Below, piece by piece: positions 9,683 to 19,835 of a stretch of DNA of 64,000 nucleotides. The position numbers and the translations under genes were made by a program. The stretch covers positions 145,648 through 209,647 of the forward strand of contig JACOSO010000026.1 in assembly GCA_016178785.1 (NCBI GenBank). The letters are read 5' to 3'. The stretch comes from Bacteroidota bacterium (GTDB lineage Bacteria; Bacteroidota; Bacteroidia; Cytophagales; Cyclobacteriaceae). Every line of letters begins with the position of its first letter. The stretch's first letter is position 1. The notes beneath the pieces were generated by a model. The model did not search any database, was not told the origin of the DNA, and saw nothing but the letters and a program-made list of their open reading frames with translations.

Positions 9683-9911
9683 TCAAAAGCTCCTCTACCG
9701 GTCTCGCCTTTTTTTGTCCTTTCTCAATTAATACCAATTCTTTAACCGCCTCCTTCAATTCTCCGATCAATTTATCTTTTGAACTTAGCTGCTTCTTTGC
9801 AGGCCGTGAAATATTTATTTTCCTTTGGATTTTAGCCCATTCAGGCATGGTAATGAAAACACCTGTCGGTTTGCCTTTGCTATCTTCGATAACTTGAATT
9901 TTCATGGTCAC
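9672..9911 (-). CDS. putative antitoxin partner of the RelE/ParE-like toxin
   Basis: 79-aa ORF immediately upstream of and overlapping the toxin gene (canonical antitoxin-toxin order). No recognisable HTH. Call is based on context only. Confidence 0.4.
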   Translation of the reverse strand: MTMKIQVIEDSKGKPTGVFITMPEWAKIQRKINISRPAKKQLSSKDKLIGELKEAVKELVLIEKGQKKARPVEELLNEL

Positions 9912-9953
9912 AAGTTAACTAATTTTTGTGACGAAAGGTTCAGAGTGTGAGTG

Positions 9954-9980
9954 ACAAAAAAGCAACCTCTTAGGAGATTG
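9954..9980 (-). terminator. putative intrinsic terminator downstream of tig
   Basis: Minus-strand read: gcaatctcc-taa-gaggttgc stem (one G:U) followed by ttttttgtc, lying between the tig stop and the TA module. Confidence 0.45.
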
Positions 9981-10010
9981 CTTCACTTTCATTTTGTATT
10001 GACGTTAATT

Positions 10011-11360
10011 TCAGTGTCGGTGCGATTCCGCCATTTTCTTGAACTCATCCATGCTCACTTTCTTTTCAGTGACGGTGATGTTTTCTTTGATCACCGTCAT
10101 GATTTTATCATTACGCAATTGGTTGTAAGTACGCATGTAGTTTTCGCCTTTGCCATCCTTGCCTGCAAGGTAATTGGTAACAATGCCGTCAAATTTATCT
10201 CCGAGTTGTTCTGCAATGCCAGGGCCGCCAAATTGGTCAGAAATGATTTGTTTTGCTTTCTCGCGAACTTCGGCCTCTTCTATTTTGATATTGTTGTCTT
10301 CGGTTATTTTATTCTTTACCAAATCCCATTTCAATGAATCACGATAGCTGTTGAAATCTTTTTCAAGAACTTCATCAGTTACCTGACCACTGCTGGTTGC
10401 CTTCAGCCATGTTTTCAAAAATCCATCAGGCATGTTGATTTTGGTGTGGTCAACATAATGGTGCTGGATTTCATGCTCAAGCAAATGCTCAGTTTCACGT
10501 CCGTAGTTTCCTGAAATGGTTTCTTTGATCTTGGTCATGAATTCATCTTCTGTTTTCACGACATCTTTCCCAAAAACCTGATCGAATAATTCAAGGTTGA
10601 TTTCGGCCGGCTCGATACGGCTTACATTGGTGACTTTGAAAACATAGGTTCCCGTTGCTTTCTTAGCTTCTTCTTCAGCTACATTCAATAATTGTGAAAG
10701 AGCTAAAGCGTCAGTCAATGTCTTTTCTACCACAAATTCAACCGAATCATCTTTCTTCAGGCCAATGAATTTTTTCTGCTGCGATTTTTCAATCTGGCCG
10801 ATTCGGATGTAAGAACCTTGCTTTTCTTCGCTTCCTTGTTTGGAAATTTCACCAAATAAATTGTCGGTTGCTTCACTTACATCCGGGTTAGTTCGCTTGC
10901 CAAATCTGCGTTTAATGTCATCTAAAGTCTCATCTATCGTTTTTTGATCTACTTCGATGGGATATGAAGTCACCTTTACCTTCTTGGAAAGGTCAACGGT
11001 GAAGTCCTCCACCATTCCAATCTGGAATTCGAACTCGAAATCCTTTTGAAGATCCCAGTCGATGGTGCGCGCTTTCTCTTCATTAGGAAGCGGATCGCCC
11101 AAAACACGAAGCTTATTGTCGCGGATATAATCGGAAACCGAATGCGAAATGATGTGATTCACCTCATCCACCAAAATGCCTTTGCCAAACATTTTTTTGA
11201 TCACGCCCGCGGGCACTTTACCCTGTCGGAAACCTTTGATATTGGCTTTGCGCGAGTAGTCGCGCACTTTTTCTTCCACCTTCGGTAGATAATCACTCTC
11301 TTTCAACTCAATTTTGATGAGGCCGTCAGTGGCGCTTTTCTTGTCTAATGTGATATTCAA
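10011..11360 (-). CDS. tig: trigger factor
   Basis: 449 aa. N-terminal ribosome-binding region with GFRQGKVP signature, FKBP-like middle domain. Conserved tig-clpP-clpX arrangement. Confidence 0.9.
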   Translation of the reverse strand: MNITLDKKSATDGLIKIELKESDYLPKVEEKVRDYSRKANIKGFRQGKVPAGVIKKMFGKGILVDEVNHIISHSVSDYIRDNKLRVLGDPLPNEEKARTIDWDLQKDFEFEFQIGMVEDFTVDLSKKVKVTSYPIEVDQKTIDETLDDIKRRFGKRTNPDVSEATDNLFGEISKQGSEEKQGSYIRIGQIEKSQQKKFIGLKKDDSVEFVVEKTLTDALALSQLLNVAEEEAKKATGTYVFKVTNVSRIEPAEINLELFDQVFGKDVVKTEDEFMTKIKETISGNYGRETEHLLEHEIQHHYVDHTKINMPDGFLKTWLKATSSGQVTDEVLEKDFNSYRDSLKWDLVKNKITEDNNIKIEEAEVREKAKQIISDQFGGPGIAEQLGDKFDGIVTNYLAGKDGKGENYMRTYNQLRNDKIMTVIKENITVTEKKVSMDEFKKMAESHRH

Positions 11361-11434
11361 GGGAATTGTATTTTAGTTACACGCTGCCAGTTACTGGTTA
11401 CCGGTATCCGGCAACTGGCATCAGATTTTAGAAG

Positions 11435-11516
11435 TGCGCATGGAGGGACTCGAACCCCCACGCCTTTCGGCACCAGATCCTAAGTCTGGCACGGCTACCA
11501 ATTACGCCACATGCGC
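11435..11516 (-). tRNA. tRNA-Leu (anticodon TAG)
   Basis: Reverse complement GCGCATGTGGCGTAATTGGTAGCCGTGCCAGACTTAGGATCTGGTGCCGAAAGGCGTGGGGGTTCGAGTCCCTCCATGCGCA. 7-bp acceptor stem, anticodon stem-loop CCAGA-CTTAGGA-TCTGG, long variable arm (type II), GGTTCGAGTCC T-loop. CCA not encoded. Confidence 0.85.
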
Positions 11517-11616
11517 TAAAAACGCCCTTTCTTCAAAAGGGAGCGCAAATTTAGGGATTATTTTGTAGGATTAAAGTTCTGACGAAAAAATCAATTGGAG
11601 ATGCGCTTTGACCTGG

Positions 11617-12150
11617 TTAAAATTTTTTTTCTTCGATTTTTCCATTGCTCTTAATTCTAATTACTTTTTTCGATATAGTGGTTCCATTTTCATCTTTCGA
11701 TCCGTATTCTTCAGTGAGCTCATACGTAGATTCATTCAAAAACTTGCCGTATGCCTTCATAAACATTTTGGAATTCTCAGAGGATTCGGCTAAAGAATAG
11801 GCTACATCAAATGAACTTATAAGAGGCCCGTTATTGTCGAATATCAAGTAAGTAATTCTATATCCATCATTTAATTCGCCTAACTCGAAGTAATAAATTG
11901 TAAATTCTGTCAGACCTCTTTCATTCTTTTGAGAAGAATAATAAACATCTTGTCCGCTATAAATTTTCCCCTCATGATATATTCCCAATCTCTTTTCGTT
12001 TTCCGAAAGCGAGTCTGTATTAAATTCCATTAAGTTAAAATGCTTGAACTCACCCTTCATGTACTTTCTATCAAATTTTCGTTGCTCATGCTGGCAGTAG
12101 ATCTCGTTTGAGATTAAGAGAAGAAGTAGAATGATTGGATAAGATTTCAT
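11617..12150 (-). CDS. hypothetical secreted protein
   Basis: 177 aa with N-terminal signal peptide MKSYPIILLLLLISNEIYCQ. No recognisable domain. Confidence 0.5.
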   Translation of the reverse strand: MKSYPIILLLLLISNEIYCQHEQRKFDRKYMKGEFKHFNLMEFNTDSLSENEKRLGIYHEGKIYSGQDVYYSSQKNERGLTEFTIYYFELGELNDGYRITYLIFDNNGPLISSFDVAYSLAESSENSKMFMKAYGKFLNESTYELTEEYGSKDENGTTISKKVIRIKSNGKIEEKKF

Positions 12151-12210
12151 GATTCTTACTGATCAGCGATTAAAATTGAACAAAACCCACTTAACTTCAA
12201 ACTTGAAATT

Positions 12211-14463
12211 TTGTATCTTGAACCAAAGAAAAATTCAGCTGTGGTTGTAGATGTTGTAGAAGAAAAACGTGAGATCATCGGCCGCTACCGCAGGCTTTTG
12301 CGCAAGGCTAAGCCGGTGTTGAGAGAGGGCGATGCCAAATTGATCAAGCGTGCGTTTACCATGGCCATGGAGGCGCACAAAAACATGCGCAGAAAATCGG
12401 GAGAGCCCTATATTTTTCACCCCCTGTCGGTAGCCGAAATTTGCGTGGAAGAAGTTGGCCTTGGTACAACATCTATTGTTGCCGCCCTTCTACACGATGT
12501 GGTGGAAGACACCGACATTCAATTGCTTGACATCGAGCGCATCTTCGGAAAGAAGATTGCCAAGATCGTTGATGGCCTCACTAAGATTCGTGGTGTATTT
12601 GAGGCCGGCACCTCTGCGCAAGCAGAGAATTTCCGAAAGATGCTTTTCACTCTGAGCGAAGATGTGCGCGTGATACTGATCAAGTTGGCCGATCGTCTGC
12701 ACAACATGCGCACGCTTGAAAGTATGCCACGCAACAAACAGCTGAGAGTATCTTCCGAAACAATTTATCTGTACGCCCCGCTGGCTCACAGACTGGGACT
12801 GAATGCGATCAAAACGGAGCTCGAAGATTTATACTTACGTTTTACGGATTACAATACCTACCGCGACATCGCCAATAAAATTGATGAGACCAAAACTTCG
12901 CGTAATCGGTTCATCAAGCAATTTGTGCAACCCATAACTGAAGAGATCGAAAAACTAAATGTGGATTGTGAAATAAAAAGTCGCCCGAAATCCATTTACT
13001 CGATCTTCAATAAAATGCGCAAACAAAATATCCCGTTTGAGGAGGTGTACGATTTGTTTGCCATCCGGATTATTTTAGATACTCCGATCGAGCAGGAAAA
13101 ATCTTTTTGCTGGCAAGTGTATTCGATCGTCACCGATTATTACACACCGAACCCCGATAGACTGCGTGACTGGATCAGCACACCAAAAGGGAACGGATAT
13201 GAGTCGCTGCACACCACTGTAATGGCGAAGAATGGCCAGTGGGTGGAAGTACAGATTCGCACTAAGCGGATGGATGAAATTGCCGAGAAGGGCTATGCCG
13301 CCCACTGGAAATACAAGGACAATGCAGCTAAGTATGAATCGAACCTGGAAAAGTGGCTTGTGCGTGTGCGCGAGACGTTAGAGAAGCAGGACCTTACTGC
13401 ACTTGAGTTTGTGGATGACTTCCGGGGGAATTTGTTCAATGAAGAAGTTTTTGTTTTCACACCCAAGGGAGAACTAAAGACCATCGCCAAAGGAGCCACT
13501 GCACTTGACTTTGCTTTTGAGATTCATACTGATATTGGTGCGAAGTGCATCGGGGCGAAAGTGAACCAGAAACTGGTGCCGATCAATCATGTATTGAAGA
13601 ATGGCGATCAAATTGAAATCTTAACGTCATCAAAACAAAAACCAAACGAAGACTGGCTTCGATTTGTGACAAGCTCGAAGGCGAAAGGAAAGATCAAAGA
13701 TCTGCTAAAAGAAGACAGGCGTAAAGTGGCTGAGGAGGGAAAAGAAATTTTACAGCGCAAATTGCGATCGATGAAGATTGAACTGAGCCAGAAAGTGAGT
13801 GAGCAACTTCGCGATTTTTTTAAAGTGAGCTCACAGTTGGAACTGCTCTTTAAAATTGGGAAAGGAATTATCGGGGCAACCGAATTGAAAAAATTTCAGG
13901 ATTACAAGCCATCTCCGCTTAAAAAACATGCGCCCTCTGAAGTACCTGATGTAAAAGCGATTGAGCAAGAGATCAAAGCCAAGCGGCATGAAGATACTTT
14001 GCTCATTGGCGAAGATATGGATGTGGTGGAGTACAAGCTTGCCAAATGCTGTACACCAATTCCCGGTGATGAAGTGTTTGGCTTTGTGACAGTTAATGAA
14101 GGAATAAAAATCCATCGCGCGAATTGCCCGAACGCACCAGAACTTCTCGCAAACCATGGTAATCGCGTAATCAAAGCCAAATGGACGAGCCAGCATGAGG
14201 TTGCATTCCTCACGGGCCTTCGCGTGGTGGGAACAGATCGTGTGGGGCTAATCAATGATGTGAGCAAAGTTATTTCTGAAGAACTGAAAGTGAATATGAG
14301 TTCGCTCTCGTTCAAGACTGATCCTGGTATTTTTAGTGGAGAGATTATGCTTTATGTAAACGACACTCGCCACTTAGAAACACTTATCAGTAAACTTGAA
14401 AAGGTGGAAGGCGTAGAGCAGGTGAGCAGATTTGACAGCAGAGCCGGGGAAAAAGTCTCTTAG
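12211..14463 (+). CDS. relA: bifunctional (p)ppGpp synthetase/hydrolase RelA/SpoT family
   Basis: HD hydrolase motifs (HDVVEDT), RelA/SpoT synthetase region, C-terminal TGS and ACT-like regions. TTG start at 12211 is uncertain. Confidence 0.9.
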   Translation: MYLEPKKNSAVVVDVVEEKREIIGRYRRLLRKAKPVLREGDAKLIKRAFTMAMEAHKNMRRKSGEPYIFHPLSVAEICVEEVGLGTTSIVAALLHDVVEDTDIQLLDIERIFGKKIAKIVDGLTKIRGVFEAGTSAQAENFRKMLFTLSEDVRVILIKLADRLHNMRTLESMPRNKQLRVSSETIYLYAPLAHRLGLNAIKTELEDLYLRFTDYNTYRDIANKIDETKTSRNRFIKQFVQPITEEIEKLNVDCEIKSRPKSIYSIFNKMRKQNIPFEEVYDLFAIRIILDTPIEQEKSFCWQVYSIVTDYYTPNPDRLRDWISTPKGNGYESLHTTVMAKNGQWVEVQIRTKRMDEIAEKGYAAHWKYKDNAAKYESNLEKWLVRVRETLEKQDLTALEFVDDFRGNLFNEEVFVFTPKGELKTIAKGATALDFAFEIHTDIGAKCIGAKVNQKLVPINHVLKNGDQIEILTSSKQKPNEDWLRFVTSSKAKGKIKDLLKEDRRKVAEEGKEILQRKLRSMKIELSQKVSEQLRDFFKVSSQLELLFKIGKGIIGATELKKFQDYKPSPLKKHAPSEVPDVKAIEQEIKAKRHEDTLLIGEDMDVVEYKLAKCCTPIPGDEVFGFVTVNEGIKIHRANCPNAPELLANHGNRVIKAKWTSQHEVAFLTGLRVVGTDRVGLINDVSKVISEELKVNMSSLSFKTDPGIFSGEIMLYVNDTRHLETLISKLEKVEGVEQVSRFDSRAGEKVS

Positions 14464-15632
14464 AGATTTTCAAAGTACTTATATCCTGATCCTGTATTCA
14501 GTAATAAAATTTTTTCCTCTCTTTTAATTTCTCCAGTGTTTACTAGTTTTTTTAGGGCAGGCAACAAAGCAGCGCCTTCCGGTGCAATAAGCATTCCTTC
14601 AGTAAACGCAATTTCTTTTACAGCTTGAATTATTTCTTCCTCCGAAACAGAAATCGCAGTGCCCGAACTTTCACGAAGCACTTTTTGAATCAGCGACTGG
14701 GCAAAAGGAGTGGGCACGGCAAGACCATTGGCGATTGTTTGCCTGATCGGTGAACTGATTTTTCCTTGCAGGAATGTATCTACTACTGGCTGGCATTGAT
14801 TGGATTGAACGGCAATGAATCTCGGAATTCTATTTTCTATCCAACCCATCTCTATCATTTCATTAAAGGCTTTCCACATGCCTATCAAGCCGGTGCCGCC
14901 ACCCGTGGGGTACAAAATCACATTAGGCAATTGCCAATTTAATTGCTCGGCTATTTCATAACCCATCGTTTTTTTTCCTTCCAGCCTGTAAGGTTCTTTC
15001 ATCGTGGAGAAATCAAAATACATTCCCTCACGATTCATCTCAGCTACTTTCTTTGCACAGTCACTGATGAGGCCCTCGACCAAAATGAGTTTGGCTCCAA
15101 ATAATTCGCACTCCATTTGAAAAGCTTTGGGCGTGTGAGCCGGCATCACCACGGTAGCGTTCATGCCTGCATGGGCGCAATAGGCAGCCATTGCTCCACC
15201 AGCGTTTCCTGCGGTTGGAATGATGCAATCTTTTATTCCGAGTTCTTTTGCCTTAGAAACAGCTGCGCTCAATCCACGTGCCTTAAATGAACCTGTCGGG
15301 TTTTGAGATTCATCTTTCATTAAAACGTTTTTGATGTCAAGCTGGTCTGAAAGACGATTCAATTTTAGCAACGGAGTCCACCCCTCGGCAAGAGAGATGA
15401 TATTCTTTTTATCTAAGACTGGCAGCAGTCTAGCATATCGCCACATTGATCGCTCTTTTTGATCGATGTCTTCTTTTGTCAAACCAGGCAAATCATATGC
15501 ACTTAAGAGTGGATTCTTTTGACATTGCTCACATGCTGCGTAAGTATTGATCTGATCAAACGGAAATGTGCGGTGACACACAGGGCACTCTAAATGAGTA
15601 ATGTTCGAAATTTTTTCTTTCACGGAAATCAT
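14460..15632 (-). CDS. thrC: threonine synthase
   Basis: PLP-fold motifs SFKARG (Lys for PLP), N-terminal Cys-rich CPVCH...CEQC region, GNAGGAMAAY. 390 aa. Confidence 0.8.
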   Translation of the reverse strand: MISVKEKISNITHLECPVCHRTFPFDQINTYAACEQCQKNPLLSAYDLPGLTKEDIDQKERSMWRYARLLPVLDKKNIISLAEGWTPLLKLNRLSDQLDIKNVLMKDESQNPTGSFKARGLSAAVSKAKELGIKDCIIPTAGNAGGAMAAYCAHAGMNATVVMPAHTPKAFQMECELFGAKLILVEGLISDCAKKVAEMNREGMYFDFSTMKEPYRLEGKKTMGYEIAEQLNWQLPNVILYPTGGGTGLIGMWKAFNEMIEMGWIENRIPRFIAVQSNQCQPVVDTFLQGKISSPIRQTIANGLAVPTPFAQSLIQKVLRESSGTAISVSEEEIIQAVKEIAFTEGMLIAPEGAALLPALKKLVNTGEIKREEKILLLNTGSGYKYFENL

Positions 15633-15697
15633 AACACTGAATATGACGTGAAAGTATTGCGATTAGCATTGGTTGGCCAATACTCATTTCTTATCAA

Positions 15698-16603
15698 TTA
15701 TAACTTAATGTTATAATAGTTTTTCGCGAATTTGATGAACGCATTATTCAGCCCATCATTTTCGCCTTGACGTTGAACGAAATAAAATTGTCGCACTGCA
15801 GTAAGTCCTTCAATATAAACCCTCACTAAGTCACCAGAGGCAATCTCTTTGGCCACGGCACGCATGGGCAAAAAACCCAAACTCTCATCTGCCAATACAA
15901 AATTCTTGAGCGCCTCTGTACCGCCCAATCGCATCGAGATTTTCAAATCCGATAATTTGATTTTGTGATTACTAAGAGCCTGCTTCACCGTTGAAAGTGT
16001 GCCAGAACCCCTTTCGCGAAGTACTATCGGTATACTTTTGATCTCTTCAATTGAAATCTTTCCCTTCTTCGCCAGATAGCTTCGGTTCGAGCACACGGGA
16101 ATCACTTCGTCTGTAAGAAATGGCTGACTATGGACATGTGCCATCTTGTTTTTTCCTTCAACGATTCCCAAATCGATTTCATGATCAAGCAGGGCCTTGA
16201 GCACATTCTCAGAATTCCGATTGAGCAAACTCATTCTTACATCAGGATACTTCGCTCGAAAGCCAGATAATATTGGTGGCACGATGTATAATGCAACTGT
16301 GGTGCTAGCTCCCAATTTCAAATCACCCTTGACATGCGCCTGATCGCGAAGTGTACCGATTTCATAAGCCAATTGTTTTTCGATAGCCTTGGCCTTGAGA
16401 AGAAAATCAAATAAGATCTTTCCCGCTTCGGAGAGTATTATGGAACTCCCCTTTCGTTCAAACAAACTGGTTTTGTATTGCTCCTCTAATTGCTGAATAT
16501 GTTTTGTGATCGCTGGCTGACTAATAAACAAAACTTGACTTGCTTTGGTAAAGCTCAGTTGTCGCGCTACTTCGAGGAATACTTCGTGTTTGAAAGAAAG
16601 CAT
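15698..16603 (-). CDS. LysR family transcriptional regulator
   Basis: N-terminal HTH (FTKASQVLFISQPAITKHIQQLE) and a LysR substrate-binding domain. 301 aa. Confidence 0.85.
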   Translation of the reverse strand: MLSFKHEVFLEVARQLSFTKASQVLFISQPAITKHIQQLEEQYKTSLFERKGSSIILSEAGKILFDFLLKAKAIEKQLAYEIGTLRDQAHVKGDLKLGASTTVALYIVPPILSGFRAKYPDVRMSLLNRNSENVLKALLDHEIDLGIVEGKNKMAHVHSQPFLTDEVIPVCSNRSYLAKKGKISIEEIKSIPIVLRERGSGTLSTVKQALSNHKIKLSDLKISMRLGGTEALKNFVLADESLGFLPMRAVAKEIASGDLVRVYIEGLTAVRQFYFVQRQGENDGLNNAFIKFAKNYYNIKL

Positions 16604-16652
16604 AAGTAAAGTTAGAGGAAGTTTATTTTAACTCTGAACTTTACATGATTGA

Positions 16653-17933
16653 TCATTCCCCTTTATAAACCAATCCATCCTTCATCACAAAACTTACTTT
16701 CGTCATCGTTGAAATATTTTTAGTTGGGTCTTCATCCACGGCAATAATATCTGCCAGTTTTCCTTTTTCTATTGAACCAACTTTGTCGGCCCATCCAATG
16801 ATATTGGCATTCACCTGCATCGCGCTTAGCAAAGCTTCAATAGCCGGCATTCCTGCTTCGACCATGTAACCAAATTCCTTTGCATTGTCACCATGAGGAA
16901 AAACTCCCGCGTCAGTGCCAAAGGCTATCTTCACACCACGCTTGTACGCTTTTCCAAAGTTCTCCTGAATTTTCGAGCCAATCTCAAGAGCTTTCGGGAC
17001 AACTAAAGGATGATAGTATCCTGGAATTTTTGCATACTCCGCTGCAGACCGGCCTGCAATGATCGTTGGCACATGGAATGTTCCTTTTTGCTTCATCAAA
17101 TCCATCACTTCTTCGGTCATCAATGTTCCGTGTTCGATCGTTGTTATGCCTGCCAGTACAGCACGCTTCATTCCCTCAGCACCGTGTGCATGTGCGGCCG
17201 TGATCATTCCATAATCTTTTGCCGTTTCAATAATTGCATTTACTTCTTCTTGGGTGAACTGTGGACCACTTCCGTCTTTTGCAACACTAAGCACACCACC
17301 TGTTGCTGTGATCTTGATAAAATCAGATCCGTCTTTGTATCGTTGACGCACGGCTTTTCTTGCATCTTCAGGGCTATTGATCACACCTTCTTTTGGGCCC
17401 GGGTCGCCCATCAGATCTTTGCGTGAACCATTGGTTGGATCGGCATGACCGCCTGTTGAGGCGATGCTTTTTCCTGCCGTAAGCACACGTGGCCCAACTA
17501 CCAGTCCGGAATTGATTGCATTGCGAAGAGAAATATTTACACCACTTCCCCCGCAATCACGCACAGTAGTAAACCCCGCCATCAATGTTTTCTTCGCATA
17601 GATTGTCGATTGAAAGGCAACATCAGCTTCGTTGAGTGTATATCTTTTTATTTGAGAATCTTTACTCGTTTCACTTTCAAGATGCACGTGCATATCAATG
17701 AGTCCTGGCATCACCGTTTTTTTGCTCAGATCAATGAGCTTGTCATCCTTATTTGGTTTAGTAAAACCGTTGTCAACTGATGCAATCTTATTTCCTTCAA
17801 TGACGATGGTCACTTGCTGAAGCTGCTGTTTATTTTTTCCATCGATGAGTGAGCCACAGTGAATGAGTGTGCGTTGACCGAAAGAAAGAATTCCCGTAAA
17901 TAAGAACGCGAATAGAAAAAAGCAGTGTTTCAT
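16653..17933 (-). CDS. amidohydrolase family protein (metal-dependent hydrolase), secreted
   Basis: Signal peptide, DMHVHL metal-binding motif, HAHG..., GTD near C-terminus; typical amidohydrolase superfamily. Confidence 0.8.
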   Translation of the reverse strand: MKHCFFLFAFLFTGILSFGQRTLIHCGSLIDGKNKQQLQQVTIVIEGNKIASVDNGFTKPNKDDKLIDLSKKTVMPGLIDMHVHLESETSKDSQIKRYTLNEADVAFQSTIYAKKTLMAGFTTVRDCGGSGVNISLRNAINSGLVVGPRVLTAGKSIASTGGHADPTNGSRKDLMGDPGPKEGVINSPEDARKAVRQRYKDGSDFIKITATGGVLSVAKDGSGPQFTQEEVNAIIETAKDYGMITAAHAHGAEGMKRAVLAGITTIEHGTLMTEEVMDLMKQKGTFHVPTIIAGRSAAEYAKIPGYYHPLVVPKALEIGSKIQENFGKAYKRGVKIAFGTDAGVFPHGDNAKEFGYMVEAGMPAIEALLSAMQVNANIIGWADKVGSIEKGKLADIIAVDEDPTKNISTMTKVSFVMKDGLVYKGE

Positions 17934-17962
17934 GTTTTGGATTTTGAACTCTGAATTTTAAA

Positions 17963-18454
17963 TTATTTGATCACACTGGCACCGGCCCTTGCCACCTGTC
18001 CATCTTGAGTGGATTGTGCTCCTGATACACCGATGGCTCCGATTATTTTTCCGTTGAACATAATCAGTTCTCCACCTTCGAGTGGAGTCACTCCCGGAAG
18101 AGACAGGATACGAAGGCCGATTCCACCACCAGCAACAGCATCTTCAAAAACCTTTGAAGGCCTTTTAAAATTGTTTGCCGTGGTTGCTTTACCGATGGCC
18201 ACATCGACAGAGCCGATTTGTGTGTTGTCTATTTTTTTAAAGAGCACGAGTTTGCCACTTGTATCGACTATAGCAATGGCCATCATCCAGTTATTATTTT
18301 TTGCTTCTTCCAACGCAGCTGCCATTACTTTTTCAGCTTGCTCCAATTTAATTGGTTCGCCATAAGTCAATGGAGCAGCAGGTTTTTGATTTTGGGCAAG
18401 TGAAGGAATTGCAGCAACAACGGCAAGACAGATAAGAAAAGAATTGATCGTCAT
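17963..18454 (-). CDS. GlcG/HbpS-like heme-binding protein (DUF336), secreted
   Basis: Signal peptide plus GAIGVSGAQSTQDG motif characteristic of DUF336/GlcG. Confidence 0.65.
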   Translation of the reverse strand: MTINSFLICLAVVAAIPSLAQNQKPAAPLTYGEPIKLEQAEKVMAAALEEAKNNNWMMAIAIVDTSGKLVLFKKIDNTQIGSVDVAIGKATTANNFKRPSKVFEDAVAGGGIGLRILSLPGVTPLEGGELIMFNGKIIGAIGVSGAQSTQDGQVARAGASVIK

Positions 18455-18626
18455 GTTGAAATCTTGTTTTGGAAATCAATGTTAATCTAAAATCGGAACA
18501 TCGGCAATAAGAATTACACGTTCAAAATTCCAAGTTCAAGGTTCAAGGTTCAAATTTTAGGAGTCTGAAACTTAAACCTGAATTTGTACCTTAATGCTTA
18601 ATGTCTAATGCGTAAGTTCTAAAGAA

Positions 18627-19214
18627 ATGAATTTCCTTGCACACTTATATTTATCTGGCGAAAGCCCTGAAATCAAAATCGGGAATTTTATTGGGGATTT
18701 TGTGAAAGGAAAAAATTTTGAAGAACGTTTTGGAAAGGAGATTTCGAAAGGCATCACATTTCATCGTGAGATTGATTGGTACACCGATCAACATCCGGTT
18801 GTGAAGCAAAGCAAAACGAGATTAAGACCAAAGTACCATCATTACTCAGGTGTGATCACAGATGTCTTTTTCGATCATTTCCTCGCAAGGAATTTTGACA
18901 AGTATTCCAAAAAATTCCTCCCCGATTTTGCAGACGAATGTTATACAATTATTCAACATCACGATCCAGTTCTTCCAGATGAAGTAAAATACATGATGCC
19001 TTACATGATCAAAGGAAATTGGTTGGTGAATTACGCCCAGATCGATGGTATTCACCGTGCGCTCAGCGGCATGGCACGAAGAACACGGTTCGTATCTAAA
19101 ATGGAAGAAGCTTCTGAAGATTTAAAAAATCACTATTCAGATTTTGAAAAAGAGTTTTTCGCTTTTTTTCCGGATCTGCAAAAATTTGCTGACGATTGGC
19201 TGAAAGTCAATTAA
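18627..19214 (+). CDS. acpH: acyl carrier protein phosphodiesterase
   Basis: MNFLAHLYLS...GNFIGDFVKG N-terminus and DHFL motif match E. coli AcpH. Confidence 0.8.
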   Translation: MNFLAHLYLSGESPEIKIGNFIGDFVKGKNFEERFGKEISKGITFHREIDWYTDQHPVVKQSKTRLRPKYHHYSGVITDVFFDHFLARNFDKYSKKFLPDFADECYTIIQHHDPVLPDEVKYMMPYMIKGNWLVNYAQIDGIHRALSGMARRTRFVSKMEEASEDLKNHYSDFEKEFFAFFPDLQKFADDWLKVN

Positions 19215-19719
19215 GCTTCGCGTAAAAATCGATCTTCGTTTCTTTCGCTCCCAGTGATTGCAAATAATCTACTACGGCTTTTGACGATTCACCTCCTTGC
19301 CTGGCATGGTGCAACATGGTAAAGCCATGTGGTCCTTTTGAATTCAATAATCCCGAATTGAAAGTCAGAACATTTTTTACCGTATCAAGATGCCCAAGCA
19401 TGCAGGCAAGATAAATATTGTATCGTGCACCTTTGCTCAGTAAATAATTTGCGATCTCTTTGTTGCCCATGTGGCCTGCCGCCTCGATGGCAGACTCATA
19501 ATCACCACCTCCCCAATCGTTAGACACGTGCAAGAGCAAATGATCATTTTCAAGCATCTCCTTCATACGCGCAAAATTTCCGTGCGCTACAGACACGAAC
19601 TCCTTCACAATTTCAAGCTTGATAGGTGCAGGTTTATCTTGCTGTGCCGAAACCCATGATGGAAGAGTTAATGCCACTCCTCCCACCATTGAGTATTGTA
19701 AAAATTCTGAGCGATTCAT
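19207..19719 (-). CDS. ankyrin-repeat protein with signal peptide
   Basis: Ankyrin repeats (GHMGNKEIANYLLSKGA, LACMLGHLDTVKNVL) preceded by a signal sequence. Confidence 0.7.
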   Translation of the reverse strand: MNRSEFLQYSMVGGVALTLPSWVSAQQDKPAPIKLEIVKEFVSVAHGNFARMKEMLENDHLLLHVSNDWGGGDYESAIEAAGHMGNKEIANYLLSKGARYNIYLACMLGHLDTVKNVLTFNSGLLNSKGPHGFTMLHHARQGGESSKAVVDYLQSLGAKETKIDFYAKLN

Positions 19720-19835
19720 AAGTTTTATTTTATATTAAAATACGTGTTTTATTTAAAAGGCTGACTCAATTTTTCGATGAGCGGTCGGAACAGAATTTCT
19801 TTAATATATTTAAGCATCACAAACCCCCTAAACTT

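Noticed and set aside
9951-10337. 128-aa plus-strand ORF overlapping the 3' part of tig, and similar antisense ORFs inside relA, clpX, clpP, thrC, the amidohydrolase and the BNR protein
   Set aside because: Antisense to well-supported conserved genes. Low-complexity or hydrophobic translations without motifs.
18500-18626. Short tandem iterations (gttcaag x3, taatg x3) in the GlcG/acpH intergenic region
   Set aside because: Too short and degenerate to call a repeat element. Likely AT-rich promoter DNA.
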